A stretch of 58,615 nt of DNA from Mitosporidium daphniae (lineage: Eukaryota): the NCBI RefSeq assembly GCF_000760515.2, contig NW_013546623.1:1-58615 (forward strand). Reading direction: 5' to 3'. Made by a program: the position numbers and the translations under genes. A model generated the notes under the pieces. The model saw only the letters and a list, made by a program, of their open reading frames with translations. It was not told where the DNA came from and made no database searches. Positions 1-10,223 of this stretch are shown piece after piece. Each line of letters starts with the position of its first letter. Position 1 is the stretch's first letter.

Positions 1-137
1 AAAGCTTGAAAACATCTTATAAATTCAAAGCTTGAAAACATCTTATAAATTCAAAGCTTGAAAACATCTTATAAATTCAAAGCTTGAAAACATCTTATAC
101 ATTCAAAGCTTGAAAACATCTTATAAATTCAAAGCTT
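1..137. repeat. 26-bp tandem repeat (AAAGCTTGAAAACATCTTATAAATTC), about 5.3 copies, truncated by the window start
   Basis: Units at 1-26, 27-52, 53-78, 79-104 (one A>C change), 105-130 and a partial unit at 131-137; no spacers. Confidence 0.95.
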
Positions 138-679
138 CAAAATAGAAAGAATTTATTTCGCCTACCAAAGAATATGCTATTTATTCCCTCGTAGCCATCG
201 CTTTGGATTTGCTTACTCTTAAAGAAGGGGTAGGGGGTTTTCTGTTACATTCAAAAACATATAAATGGCGCAACTCCAAAAAGTAACATTCGTCATAGCT
301 ATCGACTGCATCACGTACAGAGGCAATTGCTCTATCTTTTTGTATTATGCCACCACAAGTGCGATGCTCGTCATTAAATAGGGCTTTAAATTTAATATTT
401 GCCGTAATTTTAATAATTTTTTAATTTCATGGACCAAGCCTAAACGGGTCGCCTCTAGCAACCGGTCCAGCACGGTCCCAGAACACCAATGAAAGGGTTC
501 GCTAACCATACATTTCCCCATATGCATTGTTGGATAGTAACCTTCCTACATCTTTAAATTGCAAATTCGAAAAACCAACCCATCCTCAGTGTATCGGCCT
601 GAGCATGTGCACATGGATTGATAATAAATCTGCTCAACCAATAACTGCGAACCGTTTATATGCATATCATTAAGGTGCC

Positions 680-1528
680 TCAGGACGGTGAAACCCAGCC
701 GTGTATAACGACAGCGCCACCGTTTCGATTGCTCCAAATCCACTGTACAGGCCTGTTCTCGCCAACGATCGAAATGACGGCCGGAAGGAGCCGTGGAGCC
801 TTTTTGGAATGCTGTCCAGAGCCCGTCACAATGACCAGTGGCTCCCTAGTCTATTCCATAATTAAAGCATTTCAAATTGCAAGGCTGCATGGGGGTAATC
901 GCAAAGAGTGCAATTGTGCTTACCTCAAGTTGATGCCAGATGAAAAGAAGCTCCCTCGTCAGCATCTGCACCTCGGACACATGCAAGCCGTGGAAATCAA
1001 TGACAATGTCTCTAGTATTCCAAACCGAGTTGTTCGCCAAAAGAATCAAATATATTGCCTTGTAATGAAGGATGGAAATCCGAGTTGAGAGAATGTCGCC
1101 CTATGTTGCTAAGAGCCGCTCCTTACTTTTCGCGCATAAAATGATGCGACACTTGCACCGCCCGAATTCCGCCCAAGCGACTGAAATGCCTCTGAGGCCT
1201 TTTGGAACATCAACAGACGCTCTGCAACCAGCGAATGGGCATCATCCCTAAGTTGCTTGATCCTGGGTTCTGGATCCTCATTTTCGTTGAGCGATATGCT
1301 ATGCAAATCGCGGAATGACTCGCTAGGTCCTTTTTTAAAGCGAACAAATTCAAGAAGCTTGTTGAGAAGAAGTCGCTGCAAGGCTGCTCCAGTTGCTGGA
1401 GCCTTCTTCAGCTGTCTGTTCGGTGCCGAAACAGCAGCCTCCGGGTAAATTTCGGGTGCAATTGAGAGGATAGGCGAAAAAAGCGGTGCATCATCAAAAT
1501 CGTCTGCGTCCTCCTCGAGCTCTCCCAT
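680..1528 (-). CDS. Smr/MutS2-domain protein (DUF1771 + Smr; Cue2/N4BP2-like), spliced
   Basis: Exons give FQKASEAFQ...ASFYARK (DUF1771-like), IDFHGLHVSEV, and LVIVTGSGQHSK (Smr motifs); stop at 680-682; GTAAG donors near 1126 and 922. Start codon uncertain. Confidence 0.75.
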
Positions 1529-1659
1529 TTGGATTAGCACGGGAGGACTCGCCCAGCAGCCTCTACGCACAGTTAGTATCAAACTGGAACCAATTTTCAA
1601 TTTAAACAAAATTTATGTAGGTAGTCAAGTTATGATGTCCAAATATCCGAAACAGCCAT

Positions 1660-4600
1660 TCACAGATCTTTGGGCCGGATACGGCGAGCCAGAGCTGCAA
1701 CATGGGGCCTACAAAGTAGCCATGCTTCAAAGCTTGAAGAGAGCCCATTGTGATCATGAAGGCGATCAAAAAAGAGATAGTGGCCAAAGCAAATCAGATA
1801 AAAGTAGCGCTCCAAATACTGCACCTGCAGCGCCAAGTGATCCGAAAGCTTTGGAATGGCCAGTCGCAGATTCTGCACATCATCAAAAGAGTTTATGACG
1901 TAATCTACGATACGCTTTGCAGCTGCCCCATTCTCCAGCATATCGACGAGGCCGCGCACCGGTGCGAATGCATTGTCCATATCCTCGGCAGATAAATCTT
2001 GCGCCGCCAGTACAACATGAGCGTTCGAAAGGATACTAGATCGACTTTTGTGTTCATGTTTAAGCAGCATCAATGCACAAAGAACAAGACCCGTGGTTGT
2101 CCGTCCACGTCCCATCTGACAGTGAAAAAGGGCCATGTTTATCGGCTCAAGTGTACCATTTTGACCGGCCGTTGTTTCCTGGGCATTCCAGAAACTATCA
2201 AGAACAGCCGAAATCTCGTCAAAAGCATGCGGAAGAGGAGCCTGCTCATCGCTAATCGGTATTCGGAAATATACAACTTCTTCGACACCTTCGATGGTTG
2301 AAAGCGCTTCTCGCGGTGTGCGTACGTCCGCAGGCCCTTGCAAACTCAATCTGTATGCGTGCTGTGTGAGACCGCAGTCGTCCTCCTCAACCTCGCCATG
2401 CACCAGCACACTTTTTTCACGATCAACTTCTTCTTTGACCAGTGCAACAAGATCCCCTTCAATCCGCTCAACGTCCCGCGCCGAAATACCAGTGGTAACG
2501 ATATTTTGAAACGGCCGACAGGCCTCCACAAGGGAAAATGGCCCAGGTCCCAAGTAAAGCACAGGTTCTTCGCGCAAGTTTATCCATAGCAGCCGTATGC
2601 GCTGTTTACAAGTGCAGTCCGTTGCTTCCATCATGGCCCGAGCTATTGCCGGCAGGGCCAATAGTGATGGGATGCCTGTGCCTGCCAACACACGTCCGCA
2701 CCACTTTTTGATTCGAAAATTGGGCGCACCCGCAATTCGTGGTACTGCCTGAGGAAGCCGATGGCACCCGATAAAGTGCGCATCCTTCAGAATGTGATCC
2801 GCGTCCATGACGGAAACACCCCTTAGCCCCAGGTCTAGTCCAAAAACTTCTTTTGTATGCATTGCCAGCCGCTCCGTTGTGGATTGAAGTAGCGCTGCAT
2901 ACATTCGCATCATCTCGAGGTGCAAAGTAAGCCATTTGCCAAAACGCTCTCCAAGAAACTTGTCGCGACATGGTCGCTCATCGAGAAGAAAAGAGGCGAC
3001 CATCACAAGCAGAAAGAGACGCGATATCACTACGCCATGGCGTCTGGGTCCGCTACGCATTGCATGCAACGCGGTCCGTGAAAAGTGGCCCCCACCCAGC
3101 TGCTTTGCCACAACGCTGCTGACAAGTTGCCATGCAGCGCGACCATGAGGCGCTGCTCGAACCAACGCCACAATTTTGGGGTCGTCATCTGTACCTGTAG
3201 GCATCGGATATGTCTCTTCTTTTTCTTCATGGGCAAGTAACACCAAAAGAAGTGCCATGCAAAACGAAGAACGCGAGCCTTGACGTCCAGAACGGCATTG
3301 CACCATGACAACATTTCCTCCGATTGAAAAAAACTCACCAGCAGCCTCAAGAATCGCGACAATGTGTGCAATAGCGGGCTTCGTGTCTCCAGGAAGTGGG
3401 ATGCGTTTCCAGTGGATCTCAGAACGTGTAACCTTTCGGGCTTCAATAACGGCGGCGGTGGGGCTTCGTATGGTTCCTTGTGGCCATGTGGATGGGACCA
3501 TGCCTGATCGCTCCTCGAAAAAGAAAAAGTTCTCCCGATCCACGCACGCCTCTAGCAGAGGGCGCAAGTCTTCCGCAATCCGATCTTCTATCTCCGCCAA
3601 GCGCGTAGCCGGAACTCCCACAAATGCCCGTAGATGTCTTTTTGCAGTCGCTTCGTCTCGAAGCGACCAAATGCTCTCTTCACCGATATGAACATAAGGT
3701 TCTCCACGAAGGTTGAGCCACAAAATTGGTTGGCAAAATTGATCCGAAATTTCCTGAAACTTGAGCATCCATTCGCGCTGATGTTTTAAACTCATTTGTC
3801 CGATTCCGATCAGCGAGATGACATTGCCTACCTTCTGATGCAGATTTCGTTTTGCGTTATGGTGCGATAAATTCAAAACACTAGCATCAGCATCAATGCG
3901 ACATATTCGTTGCTCGTCCGCATCCCTTTTCATGATAAGGGCTGAAGAATGTAGGATGAGCGGAAGGCCGCTTTTAATTCTATTCGCCGCATTGGGTGTA
4001 CCTGTTAGTGATAAACGCTCCTCTTCCACTGCGATATCACTGATGTTTGCAGGCGAAGGCAAAGGACGAAATAGCCACGATGATGCAGGGCGTTTTGAAA
4101 ACGCCTGTAGCTGCCCAAAGACAAGATCAGGCATTGTCGCAGACGCCCAGGGCAGAAAGCGATCCGTGTTGCTTTTTTGATCGCGCCAATGTGCAAAAAG
4201 AATAAGAGCTGCATATCTTCCAAGCCATGTAGCAGCGGCATCCAAGTTTCCCAAAGAGTGATGATGAAGAATGCGCTCTGTAGGCGTTCTGATGTGCGAG
4301 AAATTTTCCTTAAAGTAAAGATTCGCAAAAATTCTATCTACGCACAGCTTTGCCGCCATGCCATCTGGGATAGACCCCACCATAATTGAGATCCTTTCAA
4401 AATCTACATGTTCAGGAGCTTGCGTATTCCTCTTTGCTGAGTGGTGGCTCTGTCCCGAAAATGATGAGGCTTTGTGTGTTTTCTCATTGCCATGCTGTGG
4501 CAGCAATTCCTCTTCTTTAAGTTGTGTGCAAATATCTTGCTGATGTGGTGGGCTTAAAGGCGATTTTGAAGCAGCCATAATCCTTAATGCAGCAAGGACC

Positions 4601-5232
4601 ACAGAAAGTGGACCTGGAGAGTCGGCATCGCCAATCAAAAATACCTTTCTGTCCCCAAATGTCGACATAAGTTTAGCAAACTGGTCAAGAAATTCCATTG
4701 GCGGATCTGAGTCTGTGTCTGAGCCTGTTGGAAAGGCAAGACGGGCGCAGCTTGGAAAAGCATCCGCCAATGCCACAACACTTGAAGATGGCGTATCGAC
4801 ACCTGCGCAAATTTCAGAACAATTTGAAGATACTTCCTTGGCAACTTGGGAAATTTCTGTTGCGCTTTTTGCAGATGGAACCTCTGCGGCGTTATTACTT
4901 TGGCCATCTTGTAGACGTTGAACAAGAGCGACGAGGCGTCTCTCCATTGCAGAAAGTGTTTCCCCGGAAAGGAGACCGGTAAGATAATCCCCTTCAAGGG
5001 CATAGGGAAGGCCATTGCAAAAAACGACTGGCCGTGATATAATTGCAACCACCAACACTTTTTCCCCTTGCGATACAGAAGAAAGCACAGAGTAAATGGT
5101 TTCCAGGGGTGCCAAACCCATTGCCATATGCAGCCCATTTGTAAGCAAAAATGATTGCGGCACTTTTGAGTCTATTTGCAGCCGCAACTGCTTGTCTACA
5201 AAAGACCCCGATGGCAATGCAATTGTTTCCAT
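1660..5232 (-). CDS. Paladin-like protein with tandem PTP-like (inositol-phosphate/phytase-type) phosphatase domains, 1190 aa
   Basis: Repeated W(L/I)NLR(G/E)EP, RIP(L/I)xD and GAPNFR motifs; C-terminal FHCQMGRGRTTTG CX5R loop; YLERYFYLICF helix. Confidence 0.85.
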   Translation of the reverse strand: METIALPSGSFVDKQLRLQIDSKVPQSFLLTNGLHMAMGLAPLETIYSVLSSVSQGEKVLVVAIISRPVVFCNGLPYALEGDYLTGLLSGETLSAMERRLVALVQRLQDGQSNNAAEVPSAKSATEISQVAKEVSSNCSEICAGVDTPSSSVVALADAFPSCARLAFPTGSDTDSDPPMEFLDQFAKLMSTFGDRKVFLIGDADSPGPLSVVLAALRIMAASKSPLSPPHQQDICTQLKEEELLPQHGNEKTHKASSFSGQSHHSAKRNTQAPEHVDFERISIMVGSIPDGMAAKLCVDRIFANLYFKENFSHIRTPTERILHHHSLGNLDAAATWLGRYAALILFAHWRDQKSNTDRFLPWASATMPDLVFGQLQAFSKRPASSWLFRPLPSPANISDIAVEEERLSLTGTPNAANRIKSGLPLILHSSALIMKRDADEQRICRIDADASVLNLSHHNAKRNLHQKVGNVISLIGIGQMSLKHQREWMLKFQEISDQFCQPILWLNLRGEPYVHIGEESIWSLRDEATAKRHLRAFVGVPATRLAEIEDRIAEDLRPLLEACVDRENFFFFEERSGMVPSTWPQGTIRSPTAAVIEARKVTRSEIHWKRIPLPGDTKPAIAHIVAILEAAGEFFSIGGNVVMVQCRSGRQGSRSSFCMALLLVLLAHEEKEETYPMPTGTDDDPKIVALVRAAPHGRAAWQLVSSVVAKQLGGGHFSRTALHAMRSGPRRHGVVISRLFLLVMVASFLLDERPCRDKFLGERFGKWLTLHLEMMRMYAALLQSTTERLAMHTKEVFGLDLGLRGVSVMDADHILKDAHFIGCHRLPQAVPRIAGAPNFRIKKWCGRVLAGTGIPSLLALPAIARAMMEATDCTCKQRIRLLWINLREEPVLYLGPGPFSLVEACRPFQNIVTTGISARDVERIEGDLVALVKEEVDREKSVLVHGEVEEDDCGLTQHAYRLSLQGPADVRTPREALSTIEGVEEVVYFRIPISDEQAPLPHAFDEISAVLDSFWNAQETTAGQNGTLEPINMALFHCQMGRGRTTTGLVLCALMLLKHEHKSRSSILSNAHVVLAAQDLSAEDMDNAFAPVRGLVDMLENGAAAKRIVDYVINSFDDVQNLRLAIPKLSDHLALQVQYLERYFYLICFGHYLFFDRLHDHNGLSSSFEAWLLCRPHVAALARRIRPKDL

Positions 5233-5331
5233 CCCAAAAAATTAATTTTAAATTCAAATTCGAAGCAAAAATTTATACCAGAAAATTTACTTTCGAGCCA
5301 TGTAATTGGTCTGTAAATATTATTTTTTAAA

Positions 5332-5892
5332 ATGCGTTCGCTACTGTTTGCGGCTCTACTCATCGAATGCATACTGGTCATAGGGCCTGCATTTATGCGC
5401 TTGCCAATAAAAAGTCTCCCGGGCCTTTTGAAATTGTTTTCTGGAAATCCGCCACTTTTCTTTTGGAGCTACTATTCACAATTCTATACAGGAGCCTTGC
5501 CGCCGAACAAAAAAATTCCCATCTCCATGCATTTGCTGGAGATATGTAAATTTTCGGCCGAATCTCCAGGCACCGCCTTGATGGCAATCCTTCTTTTTGC
5601 AATAAGCTCTCTCGTATTGCTGTTCCTTTCTATTCTTGCGAATAAAAAGCTAACCAGGATTATCATTCTTTTTCTCTCCGTTGTCTGTTCTTTCCTATCC
5701 ATTTGCTACATCTCGTTACAGCATTTTGAATTAAAGGCGGTCTCTTTGGGGTTCCTTTTGTACAGTGCTGCATGCATGATGAAGACGATATTCTTGTTAA
5801 AAAATATTAGAAAAATAAGGGCCGATCAGAAGGTCAGCAATTTAGAGGATCCATACATTGGCTGTCGCCATCGGACGGCTCTTAGTTATTGA
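5332..5892 (+). CDS. Hypothetical multi-pass membrane protein, 186 aa
   Basis: ATG preceded by an AT tract; hydrophobic N-terminus plus three further hydrophobic segments; no family recognised. Confidence 0.6.
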   Translation: MRSLLFAALLIECILVIGPAFMRLPIKSLPGLLKLFSGNPPLFFWSYYSQFYTGALPPNKKIPISMHLLEICKFSAESPGTALMAILLFAISSLVLLFLSILANKKLTRIIILFLSVVCSFLSICYISLQHFELKAVSLGFLLYSAACMMKTIFLLKNIRKIRADQKVSNLEDPYIGCRHRTALSY

Positions 5893-6092
5893 CAAATGCT
5901 TGTATTTATAAAGCGAGCCTAGTGGCTCATGTGAAATGAAAGTTGAAGTTTACAAAATTCAAATTTAAATCGGATATTTTAAACCTCACACTTTAAGCAC
6001 AAAGAGTTGACCTACTATTGGACTCTCCTCCATGCGTCGTTTCAGACTCCGATGATAAAGGTGGCCATCTCTCGCTAGTTTATCGGCTACAA

Positions 6093-8129
6093 ATGCGCCT
6101 CATTAATACCCTACTAGTTCTTTTATTTCTAGTGACAGTCATTATTGGAGTATGCAGATGTCCACCGACTTCCCCTGCTGCAGGCTCCGCCAAGGAAGCC
6201 ACTCCATCCGCTCCAAAAGACGCGGCTCCCAAGGAAGCCAAGGCAGCTGCTCCTGATGCTAGTGCCAAAAAAGAGGCAACTCCCTCTACCGATGCTAAGA
6301 AAGAGACCAAGGAGGCAGCCCCAGCTGTAAAGGAAAGCGCAAAGCCTTCTTCTTCTTCTTCTGCGGCACTAAAACCATCATCGTCGTCGTCTTCGTCCTC
6401 ATCATCAGCATCAAAGTCCTCTGCGGCAAAGCCTAGTCCAACATCTTCTAGCTCCGCCTCAAAATCGAGCACTACGGGTTCTTCTTCCGCATCCAAATCA
6501 ACCACGTCTTCTAGTTCTTCCGCATCCAAGTCAAGCTCTTCTTCGAGTTCTTCCGCATCGAAAAAACCAAAAACAACAACCACGTCGATATCCAAGCCTC
6601 CTAAGACAACAACCTCTTCAACAGTCTCAAAAACAACTTTGCCCAAAACTTCTACAGCGTCAGGAAGTCAATCGTCAGCGGGAAAGTCTTCTGCATCAAA
6701 ATCATCATCTACATCTACATCTACATCTTCAGCCTCCCAACTAAAGACATCAACGCCCATAACAAAAAATGCTACTTCATTATCGAAGGCGATTCCGACT
6801 ACAACGAATACCCTCTCAAATGCAACACTGGCAACTAAGAATGCTTCCTCAACCGCTTTGCATACATCTTTGAACGCTTCTGAAAGCTCCTCCGCCACCC
6901 ATAAAGCCAAGATTGGAACGGTAAACTCCACCATGGGAACGGTAAACTCCACCAGGGGAACGGTAAACTCCACCATGGGAACGGTAAACTCCACCAGGGG
7001 AACGGTAAACTCCACCATGGGAACGGTAAACTCCACCACGGGAGCTGTAAATTCCTCGACGGGAGCTATACCTACCGTCGTGGCTGGGTCTGCTCTTGCT
7101 GTTGCTGCTGCCGCTGCTGCCGGTGGTGCTTCTGCGCACGAAAAGAGCTCGGCATCGTCTCTCAATACTACAACGTCGCTTAATACCACTTCGTCTATGG
7201 GCACAACTGGACAAATATCTAGTACACCCTCATTTAATGCATCGACACCTAATACTACTCTACATAGTAACGGGTCTTATGGCGCAAATACGTCTCAATC
7301 CGCGCTAAATTCCTCCACGGTTGATTCAAATCGTACTCTGGCGATAAACGATACCAATTCATCAAACGGAACCTCTTCTCTTGGAGCAACGGGAATAGGA
7401 TCTGTGAATAACATTTCCACTTCTGGAAGTTCGACGGCTGCCGGAAACATTAGTTCATTAGATGGATCGTCTGCCATGAATACAAGTACTGCCGGCGCAT
7501 CTGCCATGAATACAAGTACTACGGACGCATCTGCCATGAATACAAGTACTACGGACGCATCTGCTATGAATCCAAGTACTGCCGGAGCTTCTGCCATAAA
7601 TGCAAGTACTACGGATGCATCCTCCATGAATTCAAGCGCTGCCGGCGCATCGGCAATGCCAATTTCTTCAGATGCGACATCAAACTCGCAGGTCTCATAC
7701 GGGCCACCATCGACTACGCCACCTGTTATCGCCGATAGCGTTGGTCCCTCGAATCCTCTTCCACAATACCAACAAGGTGCTACCTTTGATCAACAGCCCC
7801 CTTTTTCTACTGATCAGTTAGGAGGATCTGCTTCAGTCTCAACCCCCTATGATCAAGCTAGCACTGGTTTGATTATGGATTACGGCCAAGAACAAACCGC
7901 ATACCTTTCCCCTGTTTCTGAAGATGATCAATCGAACCTCACACTAGAGAGTGATCATCCGATTTCTGTAGCTGATGAGGGTTCCCAAGTGTTTCCCGAA
8001 GGCATGATGTGGATGCCCTATGCCTCGCCCTGCCATCTGTTCGGCAAGCATCTTGGAGCGTGGGAATGCCCCTCTACTGCAGCACCTCATAATCTTTCTG
8101 TCGATCTTTCTAGCTGCCCATGCAACTGA
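6093..8129 (+). CDS. Secreted Ser/Thr-rich mucin-like repeat glycoprotein with Cys-containing C-terminus
   Basis: Signal peptide MRLINTLLVLLFLVTVIIG from ATG 6093; low-complexity S/T/A/K body; many N-x-S/T sequons; ends CHLFGKHLGAWEC...SSCPCN. Confidence 0.8.
   Translation: MRLINTLLVLLFLVTVIIGVCRCPPTSPAAGSAKEATPSAPKDAAPKEAKAAAPDASAKKEATPSTDAKKETKEAAPAVKESAKPSSSSSAALKPSSSSSSSSSSASKSSAAKPSPTSSSSASKSSTTGSSSASKSTTSSSSSASKSSSSSSSSASKKPKTTTTSISKPPKTTTSSTVSKTTLPKTSTASGSQSSAGKSSASKSSSTSTSTSSASQLKTSTPITKNATSLSKAIPTTTNTLSNATLATKNASSTALHTSLNASESSSATHKAKIGTVNSTMGTVNSTRGTVNSTMGTVNSTRGTVNSTMGTVNSTTGAVNSSTGAIPTVVAGSALAVAAAAAAGGASAHEKSSASSLNTTTSLNTTSSMGTTGQISSTPSFNASTPNTTLHSNGSYGANTSQSALNSSTVDSNRTLAINDTNSSNGTSSLGATGIGSVNNISTSGSSTAAGNISSLDGSSAMNTSTAGASAMNTSTTDASAMNTSTTDASAMNPSTAGASAINASTTDASSMNSSAAGASAMPISSDATSNSQVSYGPPSTTPPVIADSVGPSNPLPQYQQGATFDQQPPFSTDQLGGSASVSTPYDQASTGLIMDYGQEQTAYLSPVSEDDQSNLTLESDHPISVADEGSQVFPEGMMWMPYASPCHLFGKHLGAWECPSTAAPHNLSVDLSSCPCN
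6915..7061 (+). repeat. Coding 21-bp tandem repeat, GTVNST(M/R/T) x6 plus one degenerate unit
   Basis: GGAACGGTAAACTCCACC followed by ATG/AGG alternately (42-bp higher-order unit), then ACG. Confidence 0.95.
7470..7649 (+). repeat. Coding 30-bp tandem repeat, SAMNTST(T/A)(D/G)A, about 6 copies
   Basis: TCTGCCATGAATACAAGTACT... units with a 30-bp period. Confidence 0.9.
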
Positions 8130-9448
8130 ACTGCCTTGACCGTCTATTTCGAATTCCCCGAATAAACCGCAAAATTCCAATGCTTAGTCATAATTTTTAC
8201 CACGCTGAAGGTTTCTTGTATCATTTTGAGTCTTTATTTGCCGGTACTTGAATATTAAATTTTCTTCCCAGATTTACATCGGCATACGGCTTTTCCAAAT
8301 TCTCGTTTCATCTCCCCTTCCTTTCACAAGGCGTATTTTCAAAGGTGCGGCACGCAGATTTCTCAACCGAATTTATCGGTCCAATCATTATGCAAACTTG
8401 CAAAGCAAGTTTAGGTTTAGCTAGCCTGTATTGCTCGTTTTGCGTGATTTCTTTTACGATTGTGAAGGCCTTCCACCCTTACTTCCCAACGGAAGATATT
8501 TCGAACATTGGGGTTCTTTTTCAGCGTTATTTCCCGTTTTTGACGCACTGCAACCTCCTCGTTATCCTCTAGCGCCACGGCGAAACGCCTAAATAAATTT
8601 CTAAACCAGACGTTCCAAGTATTGATCGGTGCACTCGACAGATTTCTTGGCAAGATAAATGGGACACATTTAATGATTGCTAACTTTCTCAAGTCGAGTG
8701 CCTTTTTTAGGATGCAAATAAAAGTCTTTCCTTCATGTATCGATCTGAGTACCTTGAAGATCCAAGAAAGCTTGCATTTCGCTGAATTGGGCATATGGAA
8801 ACTTTTGGTGAAAATCAAAGTGCTTTGTAGATGGCACCTTCCCGGCTTTCATTTGCATGGTCAGAAATATCGATGCAATTTTCCCAATTGTGCAGCCTGC
8901 ATAATTAGGGGAGTGGCCGTACACGCTGATGGAATATTTTCCAAAAACAGCACCAAATTAACTTGAAGGCTAACTGCCAAACGTGAACGGAGGTGGGTTT
9001 CTTTGACGAGCCCCTTCTTTTCAATTGGTACCCTCCTAACTGGCAAATTTACGACAAAGAATGAGGCAGCGATGTAGCGCTAAAGCTAGACGCCAAAGGC
9101 CATGCATCCTATTTTCACACGAAACTAGGATTGCCACGAGAAACGCTTTTTCATTTACACAATGTGCATATCCACATTTAGCAAACACAGATGGTTTTCA
9201 CTTTGAGGGACACATGAGCTTATTAGGGTGGTTGTCGTCACTATCTTGGCCTCCGGCAAAATTATCGAACACCATAATTAGTGTCGACCTAAATTCCGAC
9301 CTGGTTGAAAGCACAACAACAAAAAGCAACTGACGGCTATACTTTACGATGGGGACATCCATCAACCAAGACTGCATGTCAACGCCAGCATTAAGGATTA
9401 AATCAACAAATCTCAAACCGGGAATGGAGCCTCAAAATTTCAGGTAAT

Positions 9449-10070
9449 TTATTTCGCCCGCTTCGGTACATTAAGGGGCGCACCAATGTTTGTGCCTCGA
9501 AGCTTGACGCCGAGGACACGCTCGATCTTTGCCAAGATGGTAGGATTGTATAGTCCCTTTCCCAGTTCATAATCATGGATAATGTCTGGCTTCTCAAAGA
9601 TTTTCTAAAGAAAGCAAAATGCGCATACCGTTGCAAGCTCCTTCTGTGTCAATGGGATCGCTTGTCTTGCCCGCATGATTGCCCTTCCTGAGAATAAGAG
9701 AAAAGGAACAGAAAGTTCAAAACAACAAAATTGAAAAGACTAAAAACGGGTCTTTTCAGAACAGCGAAGCAAAAGAAAAACCAGATACAAAACGGATGTA
9801 AAATAACACATACCGACATCGTGTGAAATCGTTCTGGGCAATATAATTTCGTCAGACTCGGCTATGTGGCGCTGCTCTGCCGAGGGTGTCGAGGCACTAG
9901 GCCTATTGGTGCCCGCATTGTCTACGATAAACGCACACATAATTACATCTCTTTGAAATTTCCACGGGAGACCCCTTAGCAAGTGCCTCATTCACGGCCT
10001 TGGTCGAGTGCTGCGGAGGGAGCTTTTTCTTGCGCAGAACGGTGACCTTTTCCCAATCGCTGGTGTCCAT
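9449..10070 (-). CDS. MBF1: Multiprotein bridging factor 1 (4 exons; not seen as one ORF in the track)
   Basis: Spliced translation [15 protein letters not shown]...AVNEALAKG / NAGTNR...ISHDVG / [19 protein letters not shown] / [17 protein letters not shown]...[14 protein letters not shown], the typical MBF1 N-domain plus HTH. Confidence 0.92.
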
Positions 10071-10096
10071 GGAAAATTAATCGTATGATTAATAAT

Positions 10097-10179
10097 TTGC
10101 AATTAAAAGTTTGCCGTCAATTGGTTTTACGGTTGCAATTAAAAGTTTGCCGTCAATCGGGTTTACCACTGCAATTAAA
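10097..10179. repeat. 36-bp tandem duplication (about 2.3 copies) in the MBF1/MCM5 divergent promoter
   Basis: TTGCAATTAAAAGTTTGCCGTCAAT at 10097 and 10133; partial TGCAATTAAA at 10170. Confidence 0.85.
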
Positions 10180-10223
10180 TGTTCATTTAAATACCCTTTA
10201 ATTCCCAACTAACCCTTAACGGT

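Noticed and set aside
1..137. CRISPR-like array
   Set aside because: Units are contiguous with no spacers, there are no cas genes, and the context is eukaryotic.
6080..7627. Long antisense ORFs (6080-6646, 6668-7204, 7295-7627)
   Set aside because: Shadows of the low-complexity Ser/Thr repeat gene on the opposite strand.
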